NCBI GenBank assembly: GCA_950097015.1 | Contig: CATNEN010000034.1 | Coordinates: 7,378,001-7,442,000, forward strand | Direction: 5' to 3' | Length of the DNA stretch: 64,000 nucleotides | Source: Macrostomum hystrix | Lineage: Eukaryota > Animalia > Platyhelminthes | Shown here: positions 36,504 to 49,159 of the stretch, piece by piece | Position numbering within the stretch: the first letter of the stretch is position 1 | Layout: every line of letters starts with the position of its first letter | The notes under the pieces: generated by a model | The model's input: only the letters and a program-made list of their open reading frames with translations | What the model was told of the DNA's origin: nothing | The model's database searches: none | Program-made: the position numbers and the translations under genes

Positions 36504-39500
36504 ATGGACGATCGCTTGAGCCGACTGTTGCGGCTGTGTGAGCTTGACCGAGGTGTGCTCGAGGTGAGAGATGCAGCACAAAATTATAAAATTATTATCT
36601 GGAATTATGATAAAAAATCTTGACCAATCAAGACATTAAAAAGAACATTTACTTTTTGCAAGAGAAATAGAAATAGAATGTATAGGAACATACCTGCCTT
36701 AGGCAGTGTATAACCTTAGGACAGTCCACATTTCAGTCCGTGGACTGGGGAATCGGCCAACACCCACCCTATTAGCTACCCCAGCTACTGTTGGGGTAGC
36801 TAACATGAGTGAACTGAGAAGCAGTTACCATGAGTGAACTGAGAAGCACAACCGCCTGACCATAGAGTGAACCGAGAAGCACAACCGCCTGACCATAGGG
36901 TGAACTGAGAAGCACAACCGCCTGACCATAGAGTGAACTGAGAAGCACAACCGCCTGACCATAGAGTGAACCGAGAAGCACAACCGCCTGACCATAGAGT
37001 GAACCGAGAAGCACAACCGCCTGACCATAGAGTGAACCGAGAAGCACAACCGCCTGACCATAGAGTGAACCGAGAAGCACAACCGCCTGACCATAGAGTG
37101 AACCGAGAAGCACAACCGCCTGACCATAGAGTGAACTGAGAAGCACAACCGCCTGACCATGAGTGAACTGAGAAGCACAACCGCCTGACCATAGAGTGAA
37201 CTGAGAAGCACAACCGCCTGACCATAGATTGAACCGAGAAGCACAACCGCCTGACCATAGAGTGAACCGAGAAGCACAACCGCCTGACCATAGAGTGAAC
37301 CGAGAAGCACAACCGCCTGACCATAGAGTGAACCGAGAAGCACAACCGCCTGACCATAGAGTGAACCGAGAAGCACAACCGCCTGACCATAGAGTGAACC
37401 GAGAAGCACAACCGCCTGACCATAGAGTGAACCGAGAAGCATAACCGCCTGACCATAGAGTGAACCGAGAAGCACAACCGCCTGACCATAGAGTGAACCG
37501 AGAAGCACAACCGCCTGACCATAGGGTGAACTGAGAAGCACAACCGCCTGACCATAGAGTGAACTGAGAAGCACAACCGCCTGACCATAGGGTGAACTGA
37601 GAAGCACAACCGCCTGACCATAGAGTGAACTGAGAAGCACAACCGCCTGACCATAGAGTGAACCGAGAAGCACAACCGCCTGACCATAGAGTGAACCGAG
37701 AAGCACAACCGCCTGACCATAGAGTGAACCGAGAAGCACAACCGCCTGACCATAGAGTGAACCGAGAAGCACAACCGCCTGACCATAGGGTGAACTGAGA
37801 AGCACAACCGCCTGACCATAGAGTGAACTGAGAAGCACAACCGCCTGACCATAGGGTGAACTGAGAAGCACAACCGCCTGACCATAGAGTGAACTGAGAA
37901 GCACAACCGCCTGACCATAGAGTGAACTGAGAAGCACTCCAACGTGACCATAGAGTGAAGCTTGAGGCACCCCAACGTGACCATAGAGTGAAGCTTGAGG
38001 CACTCTCTCCTGAACATAGAGTAAACCAAGCACTCCCATCCCCGCCTGACCAGGAGCTGCGCTCGCTGTACAACTCCCTGTGGAACGGCTTCCTGACGTT
38101 AAAGTTTCGCCGCACTGTAAACCCGGTGGTGATGCGACATTTTCGCTACCTCACCGATGTCGACTGTGACAATCCGCAGAACGACTGCGTCCAACGGGCC
38201 TGCGAATTTTTTATTGAGATCTGCGAGGCGGTGCGAGACGGCTACGATGCTGAGATTGAGGCGGCCAGAGGGGACAGTGACAGTCGAAAGTTGGTCACGC
38301 TTGAGGACGAGAAACTCTCCGACCTGTCCGTGCTGCAGGTCAAGTGAGCTCTGGCCGTGATTTGAGGAAACCTATCCTCAAATCCCATCTGGACACCAAT
38401 TCTGAGATCCCATCCCGACACCAAATTCATAAATCCCATCCGGACACCAATCCTCAAATCCTCAAATCCCATTCGGACGCCAATGCTCAAATCCCATCCG
38501 GACACAAATGCTCAAATCCCATCCGGACACCAATCCTCAAATCACATTCGGACACCAATGCTCAAATCCCATCCGGACACCAATCCTCAAATCACATTCG
38601 GACACCAATGCTCAAATCCAATTCGGACACCAATCCTCAAATCACATTCGGACACCAATGCTCAAATCCCATCCGGACACCAATCCTCAAATCACATTCG
38701 GACACCAATGCTCAAATCCCATCCGGACACCAATCCTCAAATCCCATCCGGACACCAATCCTCAAATCACATTCGGACACCAATCCTCAAATCCAATTCG
38801 GACACCAATCCTCAAATCCCATTCGGACACCAATCCTCAAATCCAATTCGGACACCAATCCTCAAATCCAATTCGGACACCAATCCTCAAATCCAATTCG
38901 GACACCAATCCTCAAATCCCATTCGGACACCAATCCTCAAATCCAATTCGGACACCAATCCTCAAATCACATTCGGACACCAATCCTCAAATCCAATTCG
39001 GACACCAATCCTCAAATCCCATTCGGACACCAATCCTCAAATCACATTCGGACACCAATCCTCAAATCCAATTCGGACACCAATCCTCAAATCCCATCCG
39101 GACACCAATCCTCAAATCCCATTCGGACACCAATCCTCAAATCCCATTCGGACACCAATCCTCAAATCACATTCGGACACCAATCCTCAAATCACATTCG
39201 GACACCAATCCTCAAATCCAATTCGGACACCAATCCTCAAATCCAATTCGGACACCAATCCTCAAATCCAATTCGGACACCAATCCTCAAATCCAATTCG
39301 GACACCAATCCTCAAATCACATTCGGACACCAATCCTCAAATCACATTCGGACACCAATCCTCAAATCCCATTCGGACACCAATCCTCAAATCCCATTCG
39401 GACACCAATCCTCAAATCCCATTCGGACACCAATCCTCAAATCCCATTCGGACACCAATCCTCAAATCCAATTCGGACACCAATCCTCAAATCCCATTCG

Positions 39501-42500
39501 GACACCAATGCTCAAATCCCATCCGGACACCAATCCTCAAATCCCATCCGGACACCAATCCTCAAATCCAATTCGGACACCAATCCTCATATCACATTCG
39601 GACACCAATCCTCAAATCCCATCCGGACACCAATCCTCAAATCCCATTCGGACACCAATCCTCAAATCCCATCCGGACACCAATCCTCAAATCCAATTCG
39701 GACACCAATCCTCAAATCCAATTCGGACACCAATCCTCAAATCCCATTCGGACACCAATCCTCAAATCCAATTCGGACACCAATCCTCAAATCCAATTCG
39801 GACACCAATCCTCAAATCCCATTCGGACACCAATCCTCAAATCCAATTCGGACACCAATCCTCAAATCCAATTCGGACACCAATCCTCAAATCCCATTCG
39901 GACACCAATCCTCAAATCACATTCGGACACCAATCCTCAAATCCAATTCGGACACCAATCCTCAAATCCCATCCGGACACCAATCCTCAAATCCCATTCG
40001 GACACCAATCCTCAAATCCCATTCGGACACCAATCCTCAAATCACATTCGGACACCAATCCTCAAATCACATTCGGACACCAATCCTCAAATCCAATTCG
40101 GACACCAATCCTCAAATCCAATTCGGACACCAATCCTCAAATCCAATTCGGACACCAATCCTCAAATCCAATTCGGACACCAATCCTCAAATCACATTCG
40201 GACACCAATCCTCAAATCCAATTCGGACACCAATCCTCAAATCCCATTCGGACACCAATCCTCAAATCCCATTCGGACACCAATCCTCAAATCCCATTCG
40301 GACACCAATCCTCAAATCCCATTCGGACACCAATCCTCAAATCCAATTCGGACACCAATCCTCAAATCCCATTCGGACACCAATGCTCAAATCCCATCCG
40401 GACACCAATCCTCAAATCCCATCCGGACACCAATCCTCAAATCCAATTCGGACACCAATCCTCAAATCACATTCGGACACCAATGCTCAAATCCCATCCG
40501 GACACCAATCCTCAAATCCAATTCGGACACCAATCCTCAAATCACATTCGGACACCAATCCTCAAATCCCATCCGGACACCAATCCTCAAATCCCATTCG
40601 GACACCAATCCTCAAATCCCATCCGGACACCAATCCTCAAATCCAATTCGGACACCAATCCTCAAATCCCATTCGGACACCAATCCTCAAATCCAATTCG
40701 GACACCAATCCTCAAATCCAATTCGGACACCAATCCTCAAATCCCATTCGGACACCAATCCTCAAATCCAATTCGGACACCAATCCTCAAATCCAATTCG
40801 GACACCAATCCTCAAATCCAATTCGGACACCAATCCTCAAATCCAATTCGGACACCAATCCTCAAATCCAATTCGGACACCAATCCTCAAATCCAATTCG
40901 GACACCAATCCTCAAATCCAATTCGGACACCAATCCTCAAATCCAATTCGGACACCAATCCTCAAATCCCATTTCTCCAGGTACGAGAAGGAGCCACACG
41001 AGCTGGTTCGGCTTATGCAGGCGTGCCTGTCTGAGGAGGAGGGGTTGTTGGCCAGAGGAACCGCTGCTGCCACTGCTGCCACCTTTGACCCCGCGTCCAT
41101 AGAGTCATTGGGCGGCCTCAGTGCGGCTGTGAGTGAAGTACATTTTTAAGGAGTTTCTAGGGATATTTAAGGATCTAGGACGTGATAGTACGTAGGGGCT
41201 GTAGCCTAGTGGTTAGAGCGTCGGTCGGGGGTTCGATTCTCGACTGCTCTGGACTGGAACAATCTGTGTCCTGTAGCAAGACGCTTAAGTCTGCATTGCT
41301 TCAGTTCACCCAGCTGTTAAACGAGTGCCAGCATTAGCTGGGCTAGTTGAGGTTTGTTGTGGCGTTGTCCGTGGCCCAGTCCACGGACTGTACAGCCGTA
41401 TGCAGCCTTCAGATGCGCCGCGCTATAGCTGCGGCTGTGCTGTCGGCTGCACATCTGGCGTGATCGGGTCAGTTTTAATAATAATAATTGCAGGAGGGCA
41501 GGCAATGGAACATCATTTGGTGACATTAGACCCGTAGCCAGCGAGCAGGCAATTCTGGCCATTTCGCTGACTCCTGAGCGCACACACAGATACATCTGCC
41601 CTGACTTTCTCATCGTCAGGCAGTGTACACTCTCCCCGTGCTTTAAAGGTTGGCCCTCAAGGGCGTAAATTGCACGACAAGCCCCCTAAGCCTTCTCTCC
41701 ACGGCTGCGCCCCAAATAAATGTGGCCTCGCCACGGATTCGAACCTTTGTGCAACAGACAAACGCGTTAACCGCTCTGCCACTCACCCCTTGGGACAGGT
41801 GTAATCAAATGTAAATATAATTTTTTTTGCGTTATAAATTAGTTGAATTCTCGCATCGTGGGATATTTAGGTGTCCTGTGGATTTATTTTTGATAGGATA
41901 TTCTGGGATCTTCCCACCCCCAGGCCAGCCGGAAGCGCTCGCCTACCGAGGACTCCGACCTGCTCGACGAGGCTCTCGCCACCAACCGGAAGCTTCGCCG
42001 GCTGGCAGTCGAGCCGCTCCGCCCGGAGCCGCAGAGCCTGGAGCTCGAGTTGTCAACTCAATGCCGAGCCCTCCTAGACAGACTGGACTGTCGCGAATCG
42101 ATCATCAACAGCGCCAGCTGCGGCCGCGACTCCGACCTGCTGTCCAGGGAATTCTCCTGCGTGCTCGACTCTGTCAGCCGGCTGTACCAGAGCAGGCCGC
42201 TGCCCGAGCTGTCTGAGATGGCCGGCCAGCTCCTGGCTAAGAGTGTGCTCATTCTCAGCCAGGATGACCAGGTGATCAAGCAGCGAAAATCTAATTACTG
42301 CCTGACTGTGCGATGCCTTGCCGGCGAATTCCTGGAACCTGACCGGCTGTACGAGTTCAAGGTGAGGCTTTGTGGGATATTTGAGACAGTTTAATCCCAA
42401 TCTAGGATCTGGGATATTTTGATAATCTGGGATATTTTGATAATCTGGGATATTTTTTTAAGCCGAGGATAAAATATATACTAATCTATGATATTTTGAA

Positions 42501-44629
42501 ATCTGTGATATTTTAATAGTCTGGGATATTTAGATATATTATTAATTATTATTATAGAGTCAGTGGCTGAGCGGTCTAACGCGTTTGTCTTTCGCGCCAT
42601 TGTCCCTGAGCTAAATTCCGCGGCGAGGCCACATTCATTCTGGGCGCCGAAGGCGGAGATAAGGCTTGGGGGCTTGTCGTGCCTGACCATGAGAACGTCA
42701 GGGCAGGTGAACACACCTGTTGGAGTGTGTGCTCAGGGATCAGCAGAATGGAATTGCCTCTCCCTGGCTGCAGCACAACATTATTTATTTGTTGATCTGA
42801 AGCCAATCTCCCGCCCACATCCTCCCAGGTCGGCGTTCTCGACGTCGACTGCGAAGGCGCCGGCTGCGAAGCCGACGACGCTCAGAGCACACCGGGCCGC
42901 GCAGTCCGGCACTGCAGCGACCTCGGCTCCCGCATCGAGCTGCGGTTCGGCTTCCCGAAGCTGCCGGCCAGCCGCAGCCGACGCGGCCGCAACAGCGTCG
43001 ACGTCTGCGCCCAGAAGCGCGCCCTGGAGGTCCACGCGCAGCTGGCCGCGCCCAGGCTGGGTCACGTGACTGTGCGCGCCTCGGCCCGCTCCCTGCCGGT
43101 TGTGTTCGTCACGCACGACCAGCAGAAGTCGTCCGCCTACGCCACCGTCTGCTACGACGAGTTATTCTGCGCCAACGCGTCGTCGCCTCGTCTAAGCTTC
43201 GACGTGCCGGCGTCCGTGCCCGTGACGAGCTCGCTGCTGATGTTCGACAGTCTGGCCAGGCGTCAGCTGGCGCAGCCGCTGCTGCCGATGCAGCTGGACT
43301 ATTTCCGGCGGAAGCTGACCGCACTGATTGGTTCGGTGAGGCTCGCGAAGTTTGTGCACAGCCTTTGGGACTGTGCCGCTTAATATATTAGTAATTATAG
43401 TTAATTAAACCATCTGAGGGCTGCGTACGGCTGTTCAGTCCATGGACTGGGGGGGCCGCCATTCCCACCCTCAATAACCCCAGCTAATGCTGGTACCCAT
43501 TTAACAGTAGAGAGATCACGCTATTTTTCTACGATGGCTGCCAAGGCGAATAACCGATTGTCGTGAACTACCACCAAATGGATCTAAATTTTCCACACTT
43601 TACGACGAAATAACTTTCAAAGCCAATAACAAGTAACATTGCTTCAATGGCGAATCCATATTGGTTCCAAAAAGAAACATTTTTTTCAATCTAAAATCGA
43701 GGACCACTAGAATTAGAAAAGACGGGAAACAACGTTTCTTAGAAAGAAATTGAAGGCTGGTTTTCGCGAAAAAGAAAGTACACTACGGAGATTGAAAATT
43801 TACTTTTTCTTAATGATTTAAATGGTGACAGCTTTTGATTGGAAGCAGATAAAAAGTTGATAGAACTTGCCTAACATGTTCTACCGAATGTTATAAAGTG
43901 TTGTACACTACAATTTGATATTTATACACGGTTTTCTTAAACATGAAAGTTCATTATTAAATAAATTGAATTGGATCTTGATTAGTAAAGAAAATCGTAT
44001 AAGGATAAAATTGTAATGTGCAAAACTTTATAACATTCGGTAGAACAGCATTCTGTTCCTCCATGAAGGACTCAGCCGAAGTCGCACTGGATCAGCTGAT
44101 CAAGTTCAAGATGGCCGATCTGCAGAGCCGCAGCCTGTGGGAGTTCTACTATCAGTCCGTGCGCCTCATCAAGCAGCGCTGCCTCGGTCTCTGGGGCGAC
44201 CGCCTGCTGGTTGGTTTCTTAGAAAAGATTGAAGCCGAGCGACTGGTTCGAGCTGACGGTCGACCCGGCGCCTTCCTGATCCGCGTCTCCGAGACCACCG
44301 GCCGGCTGTCCGTCACCCGCTGCCGCGGCCGGGCCCAGGCCGAGTCCTTGGATCCCTTCACTGATGCCGAGCTGCAGGCGACCGCCTTGGCCGACCGGCT
44401 GATGAACGACTCTGGCCTGGCCTGGCTGATCACCGCCGACAGCCGCAGCCTGGCCAAATCAGCTGCGCTGGCTAGTCACGTGACCCTGGCCCAACCGCCA
44501 GCAACGTCGCCAGCCGCCGACGGCTACGTGCCGAGGCGACGTCGTCTGCGGACCGACGAGGGCGACGATATGAATGACTGCGCCATCATCGACTTCAGCG
44601 GTCAGAGCGACTGCCTGCCAAACTTTTAG
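36504..44629 (+). CDS. STAT: STAT transcription factor (STAT5-like, divergent); exons 36504-36563, 38054-38343, 40981-41128, 41924-42361, 42829-43335, 44069-44629 (667 aa)
   Basis: N-domain YEKEPHELVRLMQACLSEE; DNA-binding and linker SLPVVFVTHDQQKSSAYATVCYDELF and FDVPASV; SH2 LWGDRLLVGFLEK..GAFLIRVSE; phosphotyrosine tail ADGYVP. Splice phases are consistent (2004 nt). Confidence 0.92.
36815..38050. repeat. 33-bp minisatellite (gagtgaaccgagaagcacaaccgcctgaccata) in STAT intron 1
   Basis: Tandem units running up to the acceptor. Confidence 0.97.
38365..40972. repeat. 25-bp minisatellite (ttcggacaccaatcctcaaatccca), about 100 copies, filling STAT intron 2
   Basis: Occupies nearly all of intron 38344-40980. 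Confidence 0.98.
41195..41420 (+). mobile_element. tRNA-derived CORE-like SINE (family 1)
   Basis: A box (gtagcctagtgg) and B box (ggttcgattc), followed by tgtgtcctgtagcaagacgcttaa..gcttcagttcacccagctgttaaa, which resembles the CORE domain. Confidence 0.75.
41530..41787 (-). mobile_element. tRNA-derived SINE (family 2)
   Basis: Minus strand has tggcagagcgg (A box) and ggttcgaatcc (B box); body matches 42557-42772. Confidence 0.75.
42557..42772 (+). mobile_element. SINE family 2 copy, inverted relative to 41530-41787
   Basis: Shares tggc.gagcgg..aacgcgtttgtct, gcgaggccacatt, ggcttgtcgtgc and gtcagggcag. Confidence 0.72.
43411..43507 (-). mobile_element. 3' fragment of SINE family 1 (another fragment at about 36712-36780, minus)
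   Basis: Reverse complement ctgttaaatgggtaccagcattagctggg..cagtccatggactgaacagccgtacgcagccctcagatg matches about 41320-41420. Confidence 0.75.
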
Positions 44630-44694
44630 CTTTTGTAACAGTTTTATGATGGACAGGTGTGGCGTTTCAGGGTTGGCAGGTATCACATTTTTGG

Positions 44695-45305
44695 AACAGG
44701 TAAACAGGTGAAACAGTTATAGGATTAACAGGTAAAGCAGTTACAGGGTTAACAGGTGAAACAGTTACAGGGTTAACAGGGGAACAGTTACAGGGTTAAC
44801 AGGGGAAACAGTTACAGGGTTAACAGGTGAAACAGTGAAACAGTTACAGGGTTAACAGGTGAAACAGTGAAACAGTTACAGGGTTAACAGGTGAAGTAGT
44901 TACAGGGTTAACAGGTGAAGCAGTTACAGGGTTAACAGGTGAAACAGTGAAACAGTTACAGGATTAACAGGTGAAGCAGTTACAGGGTTAACAGGTGAAA
45001 CAGTGAAACAGTTACGGGGTTAACAGGGGAAACAGTAACAGGATTAACAGGTGAAACAGTGAAACAGTTACAGGGTTAACAGGTGAAACAGTGAAACAGT
45101 TACAGGGTTAACAGGTGAAGTAGTTACAGGGTTAACAGGGGAAACAGTTACAGGATTAACAGGGGAAACAGTTACAGGATTAACAGGGGAAACAGTTACA
45201 GGATTAACAGGGGAAACAGTTACAGGATTAACAGGGGAAACAGTTACAGGGTTAACAGGTGAAGCAGTGAAACAGTTACAGGGTTAACAGGTGAATCAGT
45301 TACAG
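44695..45305. repeat. About 24-bp minisatellite (aacagttacagggttaacaggtga) between STAT and the peptide gene
   Basis: Tandem units with 8-bp insertion variants. Confidence 0.95.
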
Positions 45306-45702
45306 TGTCGGTGAGACAGCTCTAGATTGGCAGCGTCTAGTGTGCGGGCTTTAAAAGTACACACATTGTGCTCAAATGTTGAAAGCGTGTTTTTATTAGT
45401 TTTTATTCTCTCATACTGTCTATATGCGCCAATGATTGACCAATAATCACATTTTATATTTTTTTTTGTTTTTTTGTTATTTCCAAAATTAGTTTTTCAA
45501 TGGATATGTGCCATTCATTACTCCACTCCTTATTAGCCTAAGACTTACGTACTAAATATACTCAAGTACGCCGTGTATTTGGGAACTATTTAACGAACTT
45601 TTTTGGACATAAAAGTAACAGTTCTTAAACCTTTAAATTCTTCATCTAAGTTTCCTGTTCCAGAAGCAGAAACAAGATAAGATACGCTGGGGTGTTTTAA
45701 AA

Positions 45703-45957
45703 CTACCACCGGAACGGATTTGGTCTGACAGGCTTGCGACAGACGGCTCGATTGCCAACGTAGCGACACTCATAGCTTTTGCAGCAGGCGCATTTGAACA
45801 TGCCGCATGACTCGCCTTCCGGGATGCAGCTGTCGTGACAGAATGGCCAGTAGCTGGGTATAAGGTCCAGCAGACTGGAACTGCGTTGTTCTGACTGCGC
45901 TACTGTGGACCAGCAGGGCAGGACTAGGCAGCATAGCAACACCAGCCTGACTGACAT
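45703..45957 (-). CDS. Secreted cysteine-rich, knottin (ICK)-like peptide, 84 aa; 5'UTR intron 46788-45971
   Basis: Hydrophobic signal-like N-terminus MSVRLVLLCCLVLPCWSTVA; mature C-x3-C-x6-C-x4-C-x-CC-x4-C-x8-C. Acceptor cacaccctCAG lies 13 nt before the ATG; donor GAG|GTGACG; AATAAA-like signals near 45395. Confidence 0.75.
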   Translation of the reverse strand: MSVRLVLLCCLVLPCWSTVAQSEQRSSSLLDLIPSYWPFCHDSCIPEGESCGMFKCACCKSYECRYVGNRAVCRKPVRPNPFRW

Positions 45958-45984
45958 CTGACGGCTGAGTCTGAGGGTGTGAAG

Positions 45985-46782
45985 TTAATATATTGTCAGT
46001 GTGATATGCTGTATGAGATGTGTGAGATCTCACCTCATGATATTGTCAGTGTGATATGCTGTATGAGATGTGTGAGATCTCACCTCATGATATTGTCAGT
46101 GTGATATGCTGTATGAGATGTGTGAGATCTCACCTCATGATATTGTCAGTGTGATATGCTGTATGAGATGTGTGAGATCTCACCTCATGATGTTGTCAGT
46201 GTGATATGCTGTATGAGATGTGTGAGATCTCACCTCATGATGTTGTCAGTGTGATATGCTGTATGAGATGTGTGAGATCTCACCTCATGATGTTGTCAGT
46301 GTGATATGCTGTATGAGATGTGTGAGATCTCACCTCATGATATTGTCAGTGTGATATGCTGTATGAGATGTGTGAGATCTCACCTCATGATATTGTCAGT
46401 GTGATATGCTGTATGAGATTTGTGAGATCTCACCTCATGATATTGTCAGTGTGATATTGTGTATGAGATGTGTGAGATCTCACCTCATGATATTGTCAGT
46501 GTGATATGCTGTATGAGATGTGTGAGATCTCACCTCATGATATTGTCAGTGTGATATGCTGTATGAGATGTGTGAGATCTCACCTCATGATATTGTCAGT
46601 GTGATATTGTGTATGAGATGTGTGAGATCTCACCTCATGATATTGTCAGTGTGATATTGTGTATGAGATGTGTGAGATCTCACCTCATGATATTGTCAGT
46701 GTGATATTGTGTATGAGATGTGTGAGATCTCACCTCATGATATTGTCAGTGTGATATTGTGTATGAGATGTGTGAGATCTCA
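45985..46782. repeat. 50-bp minisatellite, about 16 copies, filling the 5'UTR intron of the peptide gene
   Basis: gatattgtcagtgtgatatgctgtatgagatgtgtgagatctcacctcat; contains the palindrome gtgagatctcac. Confidence 0.97.
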
Positions 46783-47131
46783 CGTCACCTCAGGAATCCA
46801 GCAAACTCAGGAATTGAGCTGTGTCAAAGCAATCATATCAGCCTTATCTATCATGACTATAAATTATTAACTAAATAAAGTAGGGACTCACCCGGTCATT
46901 TTCAGCTGACTGACTGTCGAGTTTAGGTAACTATAATGCACTGCCGCTTACAGACAACTGTAATAATGCTAAGATTCTGTTTTACACTGAACTCTGAACT
47001 TTGTTCTTACAGACTTCTAGCATAGAAAATGCATTTCTAGCTAATTTATTATCTTTGAAATTATTGTTCGAATGTCTATGGTCGAATTTAATCTTTGAAA
47101 ATCTATTTTTCTTAGAAAATAGCGCTCTGCA

Positions 47132-47680
47132 TTAGTGCGGGCGTGCAGATTCCACATTAAAATCGATACACATTTCAACTAATTTTATCATTGTAGTACG
47201 ATAAAAGCGGTCTTTCGCGTCCCTAGGGAAATCCCAAAAATAGGTTAAACTCAAAATGTCTATGGTCTTTAAGCTATTTGCTGGTGTGCTCCGATCGAAA
47301 TACTTTCGAAGCTTAGCTAGATCATCGTCTTCTATGGAGCTGGATCTCTTTACTTCTCCGCCGTTCTCCAGAAACAGTTTAGCAGCAGCTTTTAACATAT
47401 TGTTCGCTTTTTTGAACAGCTGGTTAGATATGATATCCACTCCACAGAGTTTAACTCGCTATATTCGGCCATAGACATAAGTAATATAGACATCGGTCTT
47501 TAATGGGTGTTTCCCCAGTCAGGCGGTCTTACGCGTCCTCGGACTGATCCATTTTTAGAGAAATCTTTAAAATAGATGGGGAAACTAATATCGTACTACA
47601 ATAACCCTATAGCACGGTTTCCTCGGTCTTTAATGTCTATGGCCTCGAGGCGCTTCGCGCGGAAACCATGCTATAGTATT
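47132..47680 (-). mobile_element. Crypton-type (DUF3504-like) tyrosine recombinase remnant with an upstream hairpin
   Basis: DIISNQLFKKANNMLKA..K....GG..K..SSIEDDDLAKLRKYFDRSTP fits the N-terminal part of the CryptonA/ZMYM/KCTD1-type recombinase domain, then frameshifts. Inverted repeat ctatagcacggtttcc..ggaaaccatgctatag at 47607-47676. Confidence 0.7.
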
Positions 47681-49159
47681 ACATTGAAACAGGTTTGAAT
47701 CTTTGTTTATTCCGGTTCTTAGAATGCTGCGTACAATTCTGTTCAGTCCATGGACTTCTGCCCCAGCTGATACTGTTGCCCGTGAGATTGGAACCCTCGA
47801 CCACCAGGTGCTGCAGCTCCCCTGTGTAATATTTATAATTTCCTGTTCCCCTTGTTTCATCTTATTTTAATGTCTCTAACGGCTGTAGTAGTAAATTGGC
47901 AGGAAAGAAAACAAAAAGTAGCAAATTAATCAGTTAGAGGGGCCGATGATCAGGGCTCCGCTACTGACAGCTGCGCAAATCACTTCCAATTCGTATAATG
48001 CCTTTTTGTTAACAAAAAAGCTCAGTCTAATGTTAGACTGCCTTGGAAGAAATATACACAGCTGACAGTGCCGAGCCGGTAGAAGGTTTGTACGAGCTTC
48101 GCCAGCTGCAGGTAACGAGCTGTGAGTGCGGCCTCTCGGCATCAGCTGTCATAATGGCTTTCTCTTCTAAGCATGGTCGCCGAGAAAACGCATCCTGTAC
48201 AGCTGATGTCGAAATGATTCGGCTCAGTTGTTTCAAGTCCTGCTTTCGGCCTGCAGTGTTGTTGGCAACAACTTTCTTCTGGCTGGCTGTTGGCCTGTCG
48301 GTGGCGATTTCGACTCGCTTTAAATCCTAACGCCGCTATCTCTAAATGGGTATCGCCCGCCGCCACCACCCACGTGAGACCGGTCGAGCTGAGTTGGGTT
48401 TGAGCGAACAGTTTCAAAGATAACGGGGGGCGGCCAAGTGTTGCCCTTCTGAGCGGGCCCCCCCCCGCGAGTTGATTTCTAAATTGAAGCGGAGGTTGGG
48501 GCTGCCTTATCTCATAGGTGGCTATAGTAGGAGACCTTTGGCTTTGTGCTCAGAAACATGACTTCTCAAGCAAGCTGAATAGTTCGCACAGTCTAAGGCC
48601 TTATCTAATTAGCGACCCGTGGTTACCATAGAGCTGCAGGCTGCTTCTTGGCCTTATCTCACTTGGTCTGAAGAAATGGGCTCCACTGACCTTCCACTTT
48701 CAGGTGATCTGCTTCTAGGGGGGTTGAGCAGGCAGGGGCTGTGCTGCATGGATGGCACTATAGCTATAGAGATCGCGTAGAACCCCCCCAATATGCGGGT
48801 GCAGCATTGAAATCAGCTGAGAGCAGTCAGCTGAGCATAGTTAAGCGTCTGCACTTTTTTATAGCTCGCTTTTTTAAGAAAACTTCTCTTAAAAATTGTT
48901 TTTGCTCCGAATATGATTTGCTTGATTTCTAATTTCAATCAAAATCTTAGACATTTTTACTCTAACAATTGTATCTAACACCTTAGTCTAACACAGTCTA
49001 TCTAACAGCCGTGCAAGGAAGACTAAAGCAGACTGACTATTTGTGTTTCATAATGGGATGAATTGCAAGCGGTTTTATTGATTAGTGTAGATTATATTTT
49101 TGAAAAAGTTGCTTATAATCGTATTTTCTTCTTAAGTGATTTTTTTTCAACTCTAACCT

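Noticed and set aside
41195-41260. Possible tRNA gene (A and B boxes)
   Set aside because: The anticodon arm region is truncated, and the sequence continues into a CORE-like body with other partial copies, so it is a SINE head.
18428-46782. Regular 25-60 bp repeats with internal palindromes as possible CRISPR arrays
   Set aside because: The units are directly adjacent with no unique spacers, no cas genes are present, and the context is eukaryotic and intronic.
47930-48417. Several overlapping 70-95 aa ORFs in a GC-rich island
   Set aside because: No recognisable domain and no consistent splice sites on either strand.
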